Positions 1 through 10,481 of a stretch of 64,000 nucleotides of DNA are shown here, piece by piece. The notes below the pieces were generated by a model. It was given only the letters and a program-made list of their open reading frames with translations. It was not told the origin of the DNA and did not search any database. The position numbers and the translations under genes are program-made. Location: the NCBI GenBank assembly GCA_043228905.1, contig JBHGNT010000017.1, positions 14,074,001-14,138,000 on the forward strand, written 5' to 3'. The stretch's first letter is position 1. The number at the start of each line of letters is the position of its first letter. Origin of the DNA: Azolla caroliniana (lineage: Eukaryota; Plantae; Polypodiophyta).

Positions 1-32
1 TGCGAATTTAGTGAGGGATTCTGGGCCATCGG

Positions 33-1199
33 TTACTCGTCATCCTCTCCTGAACTGGCACTTTCGGCTCCCGAGTTAGGTTCTGCTTCGTTCTGTCTCT
101 TGAAGGCTTTTATCCACTTCCCAACCACCGGAGTCGCTACTCGCGTCCCATCGAGGTCCGCGAGATGATACGTCGTGTTGTCGTTGACGCTAGTTACCAT
201 GTACGATCTGAACCAACGCTTCGCAAACTTACGTGTAGACCTATGCTGGTTGTCGAGGCTGTTGTCATAGACTAACACCCAATCACCTTCCTCGATCTTC
301 CTTGGCCGAAGTCAATGCGTTCGGTCGAACCGGTCTTTGTTTCGGATCCGCGCCTCTTTCACCCTTGTCGTGCCTCATTCCACGTCTTCTGGTCTTCGCT
401 CGAGTTGCCGGATTCGTGCCGCTAGCAGTTCTTTTCTGCTCATTTCGTTAGAACAATCGATTGTCGTCCACGAGGCGATCGTTCTCTCAACGGGCATGAT
501 GGGTTTCGTTCCGTACATTAGTTCCGCCGGCATGTACCCTGTCACCGAACTGTGGGTGGTTCTGTCCGCCCATAACGCATATGGGAGAATCCTCGGCCAA
601 TTGCCAACTCGACCTTCGCACGCGCGTACAATGGCCTTTACGATCAAACCGTGGCCCCGTTCAATCTTTCCGTTTGCCTCCGGGTTGTACGCCGTTGCGA
701 GGGACAGTTTCACGCCTAACCGATAAAACAGTTCCTCGGCCTCTTCCCCATCTAGCTCTCCTCGGTCAGCCACAATTTTTCCCACGCACCCGTATCGGCA
801 TACGACATCCTCGATCAGAAACTTACATACTGACGCGGTGGTCTTGTTCGTTAGTGCTCGTCCCTCTACCTGGTTGGTCAGGTCTTCTCTAGACACCACT
901 AGGCATCGTTTCTGCCCTTCGCCCATCAGCATCGTCACTAAGTCAACCATCCACTTGAAGTGCATGGTCGGAGGATAAGTCAGGTGTAGTTCGTTGCGGT
1001 GCCGAACGACCGAGTGCATCTAGCAGCTTTCGCATGTAGACACGAAGTCGTGGACGCTCTTATACATGCCTGTCCACTAGTATTTTTCCTTTAATTTCTC
1101 GAATGTAGCCCACGTACCCCAGTGTCCAGACCAAGGGCTCTCATGGAACTCCGACATTAGCTTCTGTTGGTCATCTGTCCGCGTTATTACCCAGAGCAG
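33..1199 (-). pseudogene. Integrase of element A (stop-interrupted)
   Basis: ORFs 375-1019 (VADRGELD, TAYNPEANGKIERGH) and 33-278 (GPY/F-like tail); homologous to the integrases of B and C. Confidence 0.9.
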
Positions 1200-2294
1200 T
1201 GTCGTGAAGATTTTCGGCAATGGTGTGAAAATCACATAAAACGTACAAAATCGAGTATGAATCACATAAAACAATAATAGTGAAGTACCTAAGTACAAAA
1301 TGATGGAGGTCTTCAAGAGCTTTTGAATGCACTTTGTTACACAAGAAATGGACAACTAGATGTCAAGATATGAGGGTATAAAGTTTGTGAAAGGAAAAGA
1401 GAAAACTGTGAGATATCCCACATAGGCACGACAAATACGACTCTCATCATATATAAGGTAGAGCAAAAGCTACTATCTTTGTGTCTATGTGTTGAGCATA
1501 GAGAGTTCAAGGTAACTTGAACTAAGAGTGGAGGTGGCCTAGCCACTTGTAAAAATTTGGCCAACCAAAACGGAACTGGACGACAACCGGCGATTGGTAA
1601 TCTGGCGGTATCGGCATCCGACGGGCCGGCGACAGCGACGGCGACCAATGGTAACCGGCGAACCACCGTCATCCGACAACCGACGGTAACCGACGGCGAT
1701 CGGCATCCGGTAAACCGGCGACCAAATTAATAAATAAATATATATATATCACATATATATACACAAGGAGGGTAAGTGAAGATTCGAACCTTGCACCTCC
1801 TAGTTAAGAGTCAATAGGCTTACCACTAAGCCATGACATTTAGTTAAATTTATATTTCTATCATTGTACTTTTACATGGCAATTCTCATACATGAGAGCT
1901 AAAATGAGTGATATGGTTATCATGGTTATCCTGCACCAAATGGCAAACATGCATTTCATGCATGTCTTGTACCCTCACATGCATCATATGCATGAGAGCG
2001 TCTATAAAAGAAGGGATGAAAAAGAAGAAGGGTTAGGCTTTTTTTGTTATGAAATTAAGAAGAAGAGAATTCGTTATCGAATTGATCGTGTAACTTGTTT
2101 CTTAAAATCTAAAATCAAGAGTTCAATCTTAATCTTTCTCAATCTAAGTCAAGCGTTTAATCTTAATCTCTTTCTCTCTCTCAATCTATCCTAAATACTT
2201 TCTCGCTAAGCTTGGTGCGAACTTCGATCCTTCTGGTCCAGAACCCCGCCGGTTCCACCTCACGATCCGCTCCTAATGACGGATCTTCACGACA
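1200..2294 (+). repeat. 5' LTR of element B
   Basis: Direct repeat of 14140-15249, TG...CA ends, TATA-like CTATAAAAG near 2002. Confidence 0.95.
1781..1840 (-). promoter_or_regulatory. tRNA-Lys(CTT)-like module with Pol III A and B boxes in the B LTR (second copy 14736-14795)
   Basis: Minus strand reads TGGCTTAGTGG (A box, 1823-1833) then TAAGCC, CTCTTAA (anticodon-loop-like) and GGTTCGAATC (B box, 1781-1790). No paired acceptor stem, so not a functional tRNA. Confidence 0.65.
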
Positions 2295-2302
2295 TAATTA
2301 AG

Positions 2303-2320
2303 TGGTGAACCCGACATGAA
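2303..2320 (+). other. Primer binding site of B, complementary to tRNA-Trp
   Basis: TGGTGAACCCGACATGAA matches 17/18 of the complement of the plant tRNA-Trp 3' end as I recall it (TTCACGTCGGGTTCACCA). Confidence 0.8.
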
Positions 2321-3830
2321 AGAGGCAGTAGGAAGAATCAAGCCGAGATTAATACTTGGAGATGGCGTCCTCAAGCAACCAAGCGAGAGAGCTTGAAAGG
2401 ATGATGCTAATCGTCGAGCAAATGATGAGATCTCGAGACAACGATGCGAGCGTGGAGAATGCCTTCGACCGTGTCGTAGAGCTCAAGGGTCAATTTGATG
2501 GAAGGAACGTTACGAAGTTCCTTAACACATACAAAAGGGAGATGAATCAAAGAGACGTGTCTGAAGCACGGCAAATCACGAGTTTCAAAAGGGTGGTCGC
2601 CAACAACATCCAAAGACGCGTCATTGAGCTTCAAGAAGGTAAGGCAACATGGTCCAAGTTTGAGAAAGGGATATTAGTGGAGTTCGTGACTGAAGACTCA
2701 ACGAGGATGACTCGACATGCCCTGATGAAGTGGATAGAGAAGAAAAATAAGAAGATGAGCGCCTTGAGGGTGTACGATGAATTCGACCATATGTTTAGTC
2801 GTCTACCTAGCACGGACCAAGTGTTGCTTGAAGAGGACAAGACTTTGTACTTCTTGAAGGCCATGGACATGAAGGATAGACGGGAGTTGGGAACTTTTCT
2901 CGAAGACGATACCCAAGCAAATGGGATCGCAGCGGACTGGATCACGATGAAGCGGGCATGCAATAGGCTCGACAAGCGTCGCCAATGGGTTGATGACACT
3001 GACTTGGCGGGATTGATTGTTGCGGAGAAAACAAGACAACCGAAAGTAGCTGAGCCGCCCAAACAAAGCAGCCCGAAAGGAAAGAAGATTGATGACAACA
3101 TCATCGAAGAATTGGCGAAGAAGTTTGAGGCGGTCATGCTAGCCAACATGAATAGTCAGGGGTCCAAAGGAAAAGAACCCTTTAGATGTGTGTGGTGTGA
3201 TAGCATGGACCACATGAGAAGGGATTATGCAAGCCTTCGAGAGGCGATCCAACAAAATATCATGTACATAAATGACAACATGATCTGCTCGAGCGAGACT
3301 AGAAGACGCCTACGGGTGAATTTCGGAAGAGGGGGAATGAAGAAAGCTATGGAGGATGCCGATGCGACTCATGTGGATGCGATGCACTATGCTGCGTCGA
3401 CCGGAATAAGAGTCGGGAAAGACAGAAATGAAGCTGCGAAAGTGGGAACCAAGTTTTGGTCTTCCGTTCTCGAGTATGAGAAGATGGGGAAGGTCACATC
3501 GAACGAGGTAGAGATTGCGGACCGAAGCGTGCAAAGCATAACCGGGTGGTCGGATCCGATGGACGACAACACCATACTCGCGGAGGTGATGTGCGACAAC
3601 TACGAGGTGTTCGTCGAAGAAAAGAGAAAAAGAATAGAAGATCAAGGCCCATCAAAAAGACATGAAACAAGGAACGCGAAAAAGAAGGACGATGCGGAGA
3701 CAAGTCGACCTTTACAAACGGAGGAACGAGAATCAAGCCGAAAAGGGGAGCCGAGCATACAAGTTGACGAAACGGTTCGGCCAATGAAGGTTGGTGTCGA
3801 AGATCCCGCTAGGAGGACAAGGACTATGCC

Positions 3831-4328
3831 TGTCATGATATGGCAAGACTCGAACCCATGACCTTAGGTTATATGGGTCGAGCTCTTGACCATTAGACCA
3901 TCTATTGTAATACGTAGGATATTATTTTCATTTACATTTTATTATAGGAAATTAGTGTATATTCCAGATTTCTCTGGAACATTCTAGAAGCTTCAGGATT
4001 ACTCCTGAAAACACTATAAAAGAGGGCACTAGGCATTATGTTGAACCAAATTGGTTCAACGCCAGTCTTAAGCCTTTTAGCCACCGTTGTATATTCTCTT
4101 CATATAATTGTAATACGTAGGATATTATTTTCATTTACATTTTATTATAGGAAATTAGTGTATATTCCAGATTTCTCTGGAACATTCTAGAAGCTTCAGG
4201 ATTACTCCTGAAAACACTATAAAAGAGGGCACTAGGCATTATGTTGAACCAAATTGGTTCAACGCCAGTCTTAAGCCTTTTAGCCACCGTTGTATATTCT
4301 CTTCATATAATAAATATCTTTCTTATCA

Positions 4329-4385
<57 letters not shown>

Positions 4386-4481
4386 CACTTCTTCCTTCTC
4401 TCGAAGAAGTTCCACACCTCTCATAGTACTAATCCTTCGTTTAGTACTAATTCTTTCTCTGTCTCAGTACTGTTCATGACA
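3831..4481 (+). repeat. 5' LTR of E, with an internal 203-bp tandem duplication and a (CT)n tract
   Basis: 3904-4106 is repeated from 4107; otherwise near-identical to 9302-9753. Confidence 0.95.
3847..3907 (-). promoter_or_regulatory. tRNA-like Pol III A/B-box module at the start of the E LTR (copy at 9318-9378)
   Basis: Minus strand TGGTCTAATGG (3890-3900) and GGTTCGAGTC (3847-3856) at tRNA-like spacing. Confidence 0.6.
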
Positions 4482-4554
4482 GTTTGAACCAATTTTCCTA
4501 CCTTCTGTCTCTCTCATTTCCTACTAATCTTTTATTCCTCTTTTCTTTCATCCC

Positions 4555-5706
4555 ATGGCCACTGTTAGCGCTGAAGAATATCAATCTGTTTTCTCGGAAT
4601 TCCAATGCTTGAAGGAGAAGTTCCATGCTTTGGAACAAGAAAACCAACGGTTGCTGGGGGATCTTCAGCAAATCTCCTTAGAAAAGCAGCAAACGCAACA
4701 ACAACATGGGGAACTTGCGTTACGCGTGCAACAACTCGAAGCCACCATCGTAGCGATGCAACAACATGGGCCCGGAACACAAGGGATTCATAAAGAACCT
4801 AAGATTGGCCTTCCCACGAAGTTCGATGGAACGCGATCGCAGTTTAGAGGGTTCCTTAACCAGGTACGATTAGTTATTCAAATGCATCCTTCCCGATATC
4901 CCACCGATGCATCACGAGTGGGTTTAGTAGGCACTTTGTTAAGTGGCTCAGCGTTGTCATGGTTCGCTCCACGATTAGAAAAGGAATCTCCGTTACTCAA
5001 CACTTTTGAAGAGTTTCTAGGTGAGTTTAAAGCATGTTTCGGAGATACTGACAGCATCAGGCCCGCAATCAACAAAATCCGGCGATTACGCCAAGGTGAC
5101 CGTCCAGCCTCCGCATACGCTGCAGATTTTCGCTTACTCGCCGCCGATATCCCTTGGGATGATCAAGCGTTGATGGAGCAATTCCGTTATGGTTTACGCA
5201 ACGACGTCAAGGATTTACTCTTGACCTTCCCCGAAGAGCCAAAGTCCTTAACAGAAGCAATCAGTCGCGCGGTGAGATGTGACAACCGCCTCTTTGAGCG
5301 ACGTTCGGAACGACAGCTACAGATGCCGAGGGCAAGATCAGAGCCCACCTACGCCTCAGTGGTAGCAAGACCTTTTCCGAGGGAGTCATATAATGCGTCT
5401 CCAGCGAATACTCCGACTCCGATGGAGATTGACACTACACGTCGTCAAGGGCCATTATCCGAAGAAGAAAAGCAGCGACGCCGTACAAATCGACTATGTC
5501 TTTACTGCGGTGGACCAGGACATATCGCAATAAATTGCCCCCATAGGCCAAGAAGACAGGTAAACCAAATAGTCGCTAGTTCTAATTGTACTAAATCCGA
5601 GCCTATTTCAGTAGGAATATCTGATAGTCCTAATAGTACTAATATCCCAGATCTAGCAAACAAATTTGATGTCCTTAGTCAGTTAGAAGAAGAGTTAAAC
5701 GACTAA
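4555..5706 (+). CDS. Gag of element E (PEG10/Ty3-type capsid plus CCHC zinc knuckle)
   Basis: 383-aa intact ORF: PTKFDGTR, LRQGDRPASAYAADF, PMEID, CLYCGGPGHIAINC. Confidence 0.95.
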   Translation: MATVSAEEYQSVFSEFQCLKEKFHALEQENQRLLGDLQQISLEKQQTQQQHGELALRVQQLEATIVAMQQHGPGTQGIHKEPKIGLPTKFDGTRSQFRGFLNQVRLVIQMHPSRYPTDASRVGLVGTLLSGSALSWFAPRLEKESPLLNTFEEFLGEFKACFGDTDSIRPAINKIRRLRQGDRPASAYAADFRLLAADIPWDDQALMEQFRYGLRNDVKDLLLTFPEEPKSLTEAISRAVRCDNRLFERRSERQLQMPRARSEPTYASVVARPFPRESYNASPANTPTPMEIDTTRRQGPLSEEEKQRRRTNRLCLYCGGPGHIAINCPHRPRRQVNQIVASSNCTKSEPISVGISDSPNSTNIPDLANKFDVLSQLEEELND

Positions 5707-8700
5707 GTCCAGCCAAAATAGGAGCCGTTTGGTTGGACAGCCCTAGATCTGTGCAGCCCATTAGTGGTTCCATTCCCTCTAAGCAAGTTAGTGATGTGTT
5801 CGTAGCCCAAGTAATAGTTAGTACTAAAAGTACCCCTCCAGTACATGTCCTAGCACTCCTAGATTCCGGAGCTAACTCTTGCTTTATGGATAAGAAATTT
5901 GCTCAAACTCATAAGATATCCCTAAGAAAACTCCAGTGTCCAGCCTCTGTAGTAGTCATTGATGGACGTCCCATTGCTTCCGGAAATATCCTAGAAGAGT
6001 CAGAGCCCATTAATATTGTCCTAGATAACTTAGTATGTGTAGTATCATTTAATATTATTAGTATCCCAGAACATCCTATAGTTTTAGGACTACCGTGGTT
6101 CGAGTTACATAACCCTGACATAGATTGGAGAACAAGAGAAATCCGGTGTCGACAAACCCAAGGGTCAACTCAGAAGATGGCAACCATTTCGCTACGTCAG
6201 TTGCGTAAAGAAGGGCACAAGGAGGAAATGTTCCTCTTTGCAATATCAGTAAACCCCTCCAACACCACTAAAGAAGAATCCACCGTTCAACTTCCCGAGA
6301 AGTATCGCCATTACACCGATGTGTTCGATAAAGTACAAGCCAACACACTTCCTCATCATCGACCGTACGATTGCCCCATCGATTTACAACCGGGAAAAGA
6401 GCTGCCATGGGGACTGATCTACAATTTGTCACCAACCGAGCTGGAAGTCCTTCGGGCCTATATAGAGGAGAATTTGGAAAATGGTTTCATTCGGCATTCG
6501 AAATCTCCAGCCGGTGCGCCCATTTTCTTCGTCAAGAAAAAAGATGGATCGCTTCGTCTCGTTGTAGATTACCGTGGCTTGAATAAGGTTACAATCAGGA
6601 ATAGGTATGCTCTTCCCCTTATCTCAAGTCTTTTAGAACGGATCAATGGTGCCAGGTTCTTCACGAAGATCGACTTACGGGGAGCATATAACCTCGTACA
6701 GATCCGACCAGGAGACGAATGGAAGACCGCGTTTCGCACCAGATATGGGCACTTCGAGTATACTGTCATGTCGTTCGGCCTCACTAATGCGCCGGCAGTC
6801 TTCCAGCACATGGCTAATGATATATTCCGAGATCTATTGGATGATTGTTTGATCATCTATTTGGATGATCTACTGGTTTATTCAAAGACCCAAGAAGAAC
6901 ATGATTCTCATGTACTATTAGTACTAAAACGACTTCGAGAACATGGTCTGTATGCAAAGCTAGAAAAATGTAGTTTCGGGTGCAACCAAGTGGAATTTCT
7001 CGGCTACATCATTTCGTCAGAAGGCATCTCCATGGACCCAGCTAAGGTCAGAACGGTGGTAGAATGGCAGACTCCGCGTTCGGTACGGGATGTGCAATGC
7101 TTCTTAGGCTTTGCCAATTTTTACCGGAAGTTCATACAGGATTACTCAAAGATCGTTCTACCTCTCACACAACTTACCAGCAAGGGACAACCGTTCATCT
7201 GGTCTGAAGAAACGGACATGGCTTTCGAGAGTCTTAAAAAAGCATTTACATCGGCTCCAATTCTAGCTCATGTCGATCCGGAGAAACCATTCATTATCGA
7301 AGCTGACGCATCGGATTTTGCATTGGGGAGCATTCTGTCACAACAGGGGAATGATGAAAAGCTACATCCTGTGGCTTTTCACTCACGCAAGTTTGATGCC
7401 GCCGAAATCAACTACGAAATCCATGATAAGGAGCTATTGGCAATAGTAGATTCTTTTATGCAATGGAGGCATTTTCTGGAGGGATCCTCTCATCCAGTCA
7501 CCGTATTTAGTGACCACAAGAATCTTGCCTACTTTCAGGATGCTCGTGTGTTGAATCAACGTCAAGCTCGGTGGGCCCACTTCCTCACGCGTTTCGACTT
7601 CAAAATTACATATCATCCGGGGAGGCACCAAGGGAAGGCAGATGCATTATCACGGCGTTCGTATCTAGCACCCCGTCCCGGCGAGCCAGCTTTCGATAAC
7701 CAAAAACAAGTCATCTTGGGACCGGCACGATTACAAGCAACACAAATCTTTGACATGCCTATGGATTCCCGCGTTATTGATACCATACGTGAAGACTTGA
7801 AGACAGATGCGTTCGCCCAAGCTATACTAGCACAAATTGATCCCTCTCGAGCGTCGTGTTCACAGTCGCAACCACCAGGTACGGACTATCGGCAATTCAA
7901 ATACCATGATGGATTACTCTTCTTTAAAGAACTTTTGTATGTTCCTAATGGTTCTTGCCGCCTTCGAGTAGTACAAAACTGTCATGACACATATACAGCT
8001 TGGCATTTTGGTAGTACTAAAACATTACATTTAGTACAACGATCATTCTGGTGGCCCTGTATGCGACAATTTGTCGAGGATTTTATTCGGACTTGTGATA
8101 CATGTTGCAGAGCGAGATACATGTTGTAGAGCGAAAATGCCAAGGCATCATCCATATGGTTTATTAGAACCATTATCAATTCCAAGCAAGCCGTGGCAAT
8201 CCATTGCTCTAGACTTCATCACAGATCTTCCAGTCTCTAAGGGGTTCAATGCGATTCTAACGGTGGTCGATCGATATACGATGATGGCTCATTTCTTGCC
8301 ATGTACTAAGGAGATCTCCAGTGAAGACACTGCCGAAATTGTCATGCGTGAAGTATGTCGGCATCATGGACTCCCCGATAGTATCATCAGCGACCGTGAA
8401 CCCCAGTTCGTGTCAAAATTCTGGAAGCACCTTTTTAACATGCTCAAGGTCACTTGTAACCTCTCTTCCGGCTACCACCCACAAACTGACGGCCAAGCTG
8501 AACGAACAAATCAAATGTTGGAGCAGTATCTGCAGTGCTTTCTCAGCTATCATCAGGATGACTGGGCAGATATTCTCCACTTCGCCGAATTTGCCTATAA
8601 CAACTCTATCCACGCATCCACTAAAGTTACGCCATTTTATGCTTATACGGGATGTCACCCCCGGTGGAGTGTACTTGAAACCCCAGAGGTGTCCACAAAT

Positions 8701-9309
8701 CCGTGCGCGGAGGATCGTTTGGAGCGGTTACGCAAGATACAAGCGGATTTATCTACTCATCTCCAGCAAGCTCAACAAACACACAAGGTCTACGCGGATC
8801 GTCATCGACTTCCATCTAGTTTTAATATTGGAGATCGGGTGTGGTTGCTACGACGACACATCAAGACTACTCGCCCATGTGAGAAGTTGGATTATCGGCG
8901 ATTAGGTCCTTTCCGTATTATTGGAAAGATTAATGATGTTGCTTTTCGTCTCGATCTACCTCCTCAACTTCGGATACATCCGGTGTTTCATAGTTCTCTC
9001 TTCGAACGCTACCACGAGAGCACCATCCCAGAACGTCTTATCCAACCTCCACCCCCGATCGAGCTTGAAGATGGGCCGGAGTACGAGGTTGCCGCCATTC
9101 TTGATTCCAAGATTGTTCGCAACAAGCTCTACTATCTAGTCGATTGGCTAGGCTATAGTCCCAGCGAACGTACTTGGGAACCGATCGAGAATGTAACCAA
9201 TGCTCGTGCTCTTCTTGAAGACTTCCATCGTCAATATCCACACAAACCGGATCCTCAATCCAAGACGACTCGTGACACTCGTCGTTTTAAAGGGGGGATA
9301 GTGTCATGA
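5700..9309 (+). pseudogene. Pol of element E (PR-RT-RH-IN-chromodomain) in the -1 frame, broken by a 19-bp duplication at 8097-8134
   Basis: LLDSGA protease, YLDD RT, EADASDFA RNase H, integrase, chromodomain YEVAAILDS...YLVDWLGY...TWEP. Confidence 0.93.
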
Positions 9310-9596
9310 TATGGCAAGACTCGAACCCATGACCTTAGGTTATATGGGTCGAGCTCTTGACCATTAGACCATCTATTGTAATACGTAGGATATTATTTTC
9401 ATTTACATTTTATTATAGGAAATTAGTGTATATTCCAGATTTCTCTGGAACATTCTAGAAGCTTCAGGATTACTCCTGAAAACACTATAAAAGAGGGCAC
9501 TAGGCATTATGTTGAACCAAATTGGTTCAACGCCAGTCTTAAGCCTTTTGGCCACCGTTGTATATTCTCTTCATATAATAAATATCTTTCTTATCA

Positions 9597-9649
<53 letters not shown>

Positions 9650-9753
9650 GTCTCGCTCACTTCTTCCTTCTCTCGAAGAAGTTCCACACCTCTCATAGTA
9701 TTAATCCTTCGTTTAGTACTAATTCTTTCTCTGTCTCAGTACTGTTCATGACA
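9302..9753 (+). repeat. 3' LTR of element E
   Basis: Direct repeat of the 5' LTR, preceded by the PPT and followed by the TSD. Confidence 0.95.
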
Positions 9754-10481
9754 ATGCCTACCTATAAGCTAAGGTCGGACATAGAGCAGATGTCGGACCT
9801 AAAGAAGATTCTCGAAGAATGAGTTCTTGATAGGCACGTGACTTTATCCTTGAGGGAATTACTCAGCATTACGAAGGAGTTCCATGACACGATCGTGGAC
9901 CTTGTAAAGAGAAAAAGACAACAATAGAACGAGGAAGAAGAAAGGCCGCTAAAAGCAAAAATGAATGCCATAATGATGGCAAGAGACGAAGTCGATGAAG
10001 ATATGGTGGACAACCACTATACCCGACCTCATTGGGCATGAGCGACAACGGAGACGCCGGTGAAGGTCGGGGAGAAGAAAGAGATCGTGGTAGCTTTGAT
10101 CGACCACGGCTCGGAGATCAACCTCATGTCAACCGACTTCTACAAAAAAGGAAGATAGCCAATCAATACAAACCACGGATGGAAGATTCACGCGGCAACA
10201 AAGTCTACGGACGACTTGTACGAAGCTTGTCCCAATGTCAAAGTCACGATCGGGGATGTGGAGTTGGATCAACACTTCTTCGTACAAGAATCAGCGTCGC
10301 ATCCTGTCATCCTAGGGCAACCTTATATCACATCATCTCAGATGGAGACCAAAGTATTCAATAATGGAGAATCCTTCGCACGAATAAAGAGTCTTGACAA
10401 CCAAAGATCAGTCCAATTCCTAACGGTGTGAGCAAATCATGAAAGGAATCGAGATAGTCTCGGAGGCGAATCCTCGGATTT

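Larger units (their letters stand above)
3831..9753 (+). mobile_element. Element E: young Tcn1/Tf1-sushi-like chromovirus LTR retrotransposon
   Basis: LTRs 3831-4481 and 9302-9753 (TGTCATGA...CATGACA); TSD ATGCC at 3826-3830 and 9754-9758; PPT AAAGGGGGGATAG before 9302; gag, pol and chromodomain present. Confidence 0.97.

Noticed and set aside
1775-1840. Functional tRNA-Lys gene
   Set aside because: No acceptor stem and a poor anticodon stem; reported only as a tRNA-like promoter module.
1892-2194. 100-aa ORF identical in both B LTRs (and similar paired ORFs in the E and F LTRs)
   Set aside because: Identity follows from LTR duplication; low-complexity translation with no recognisable domain.
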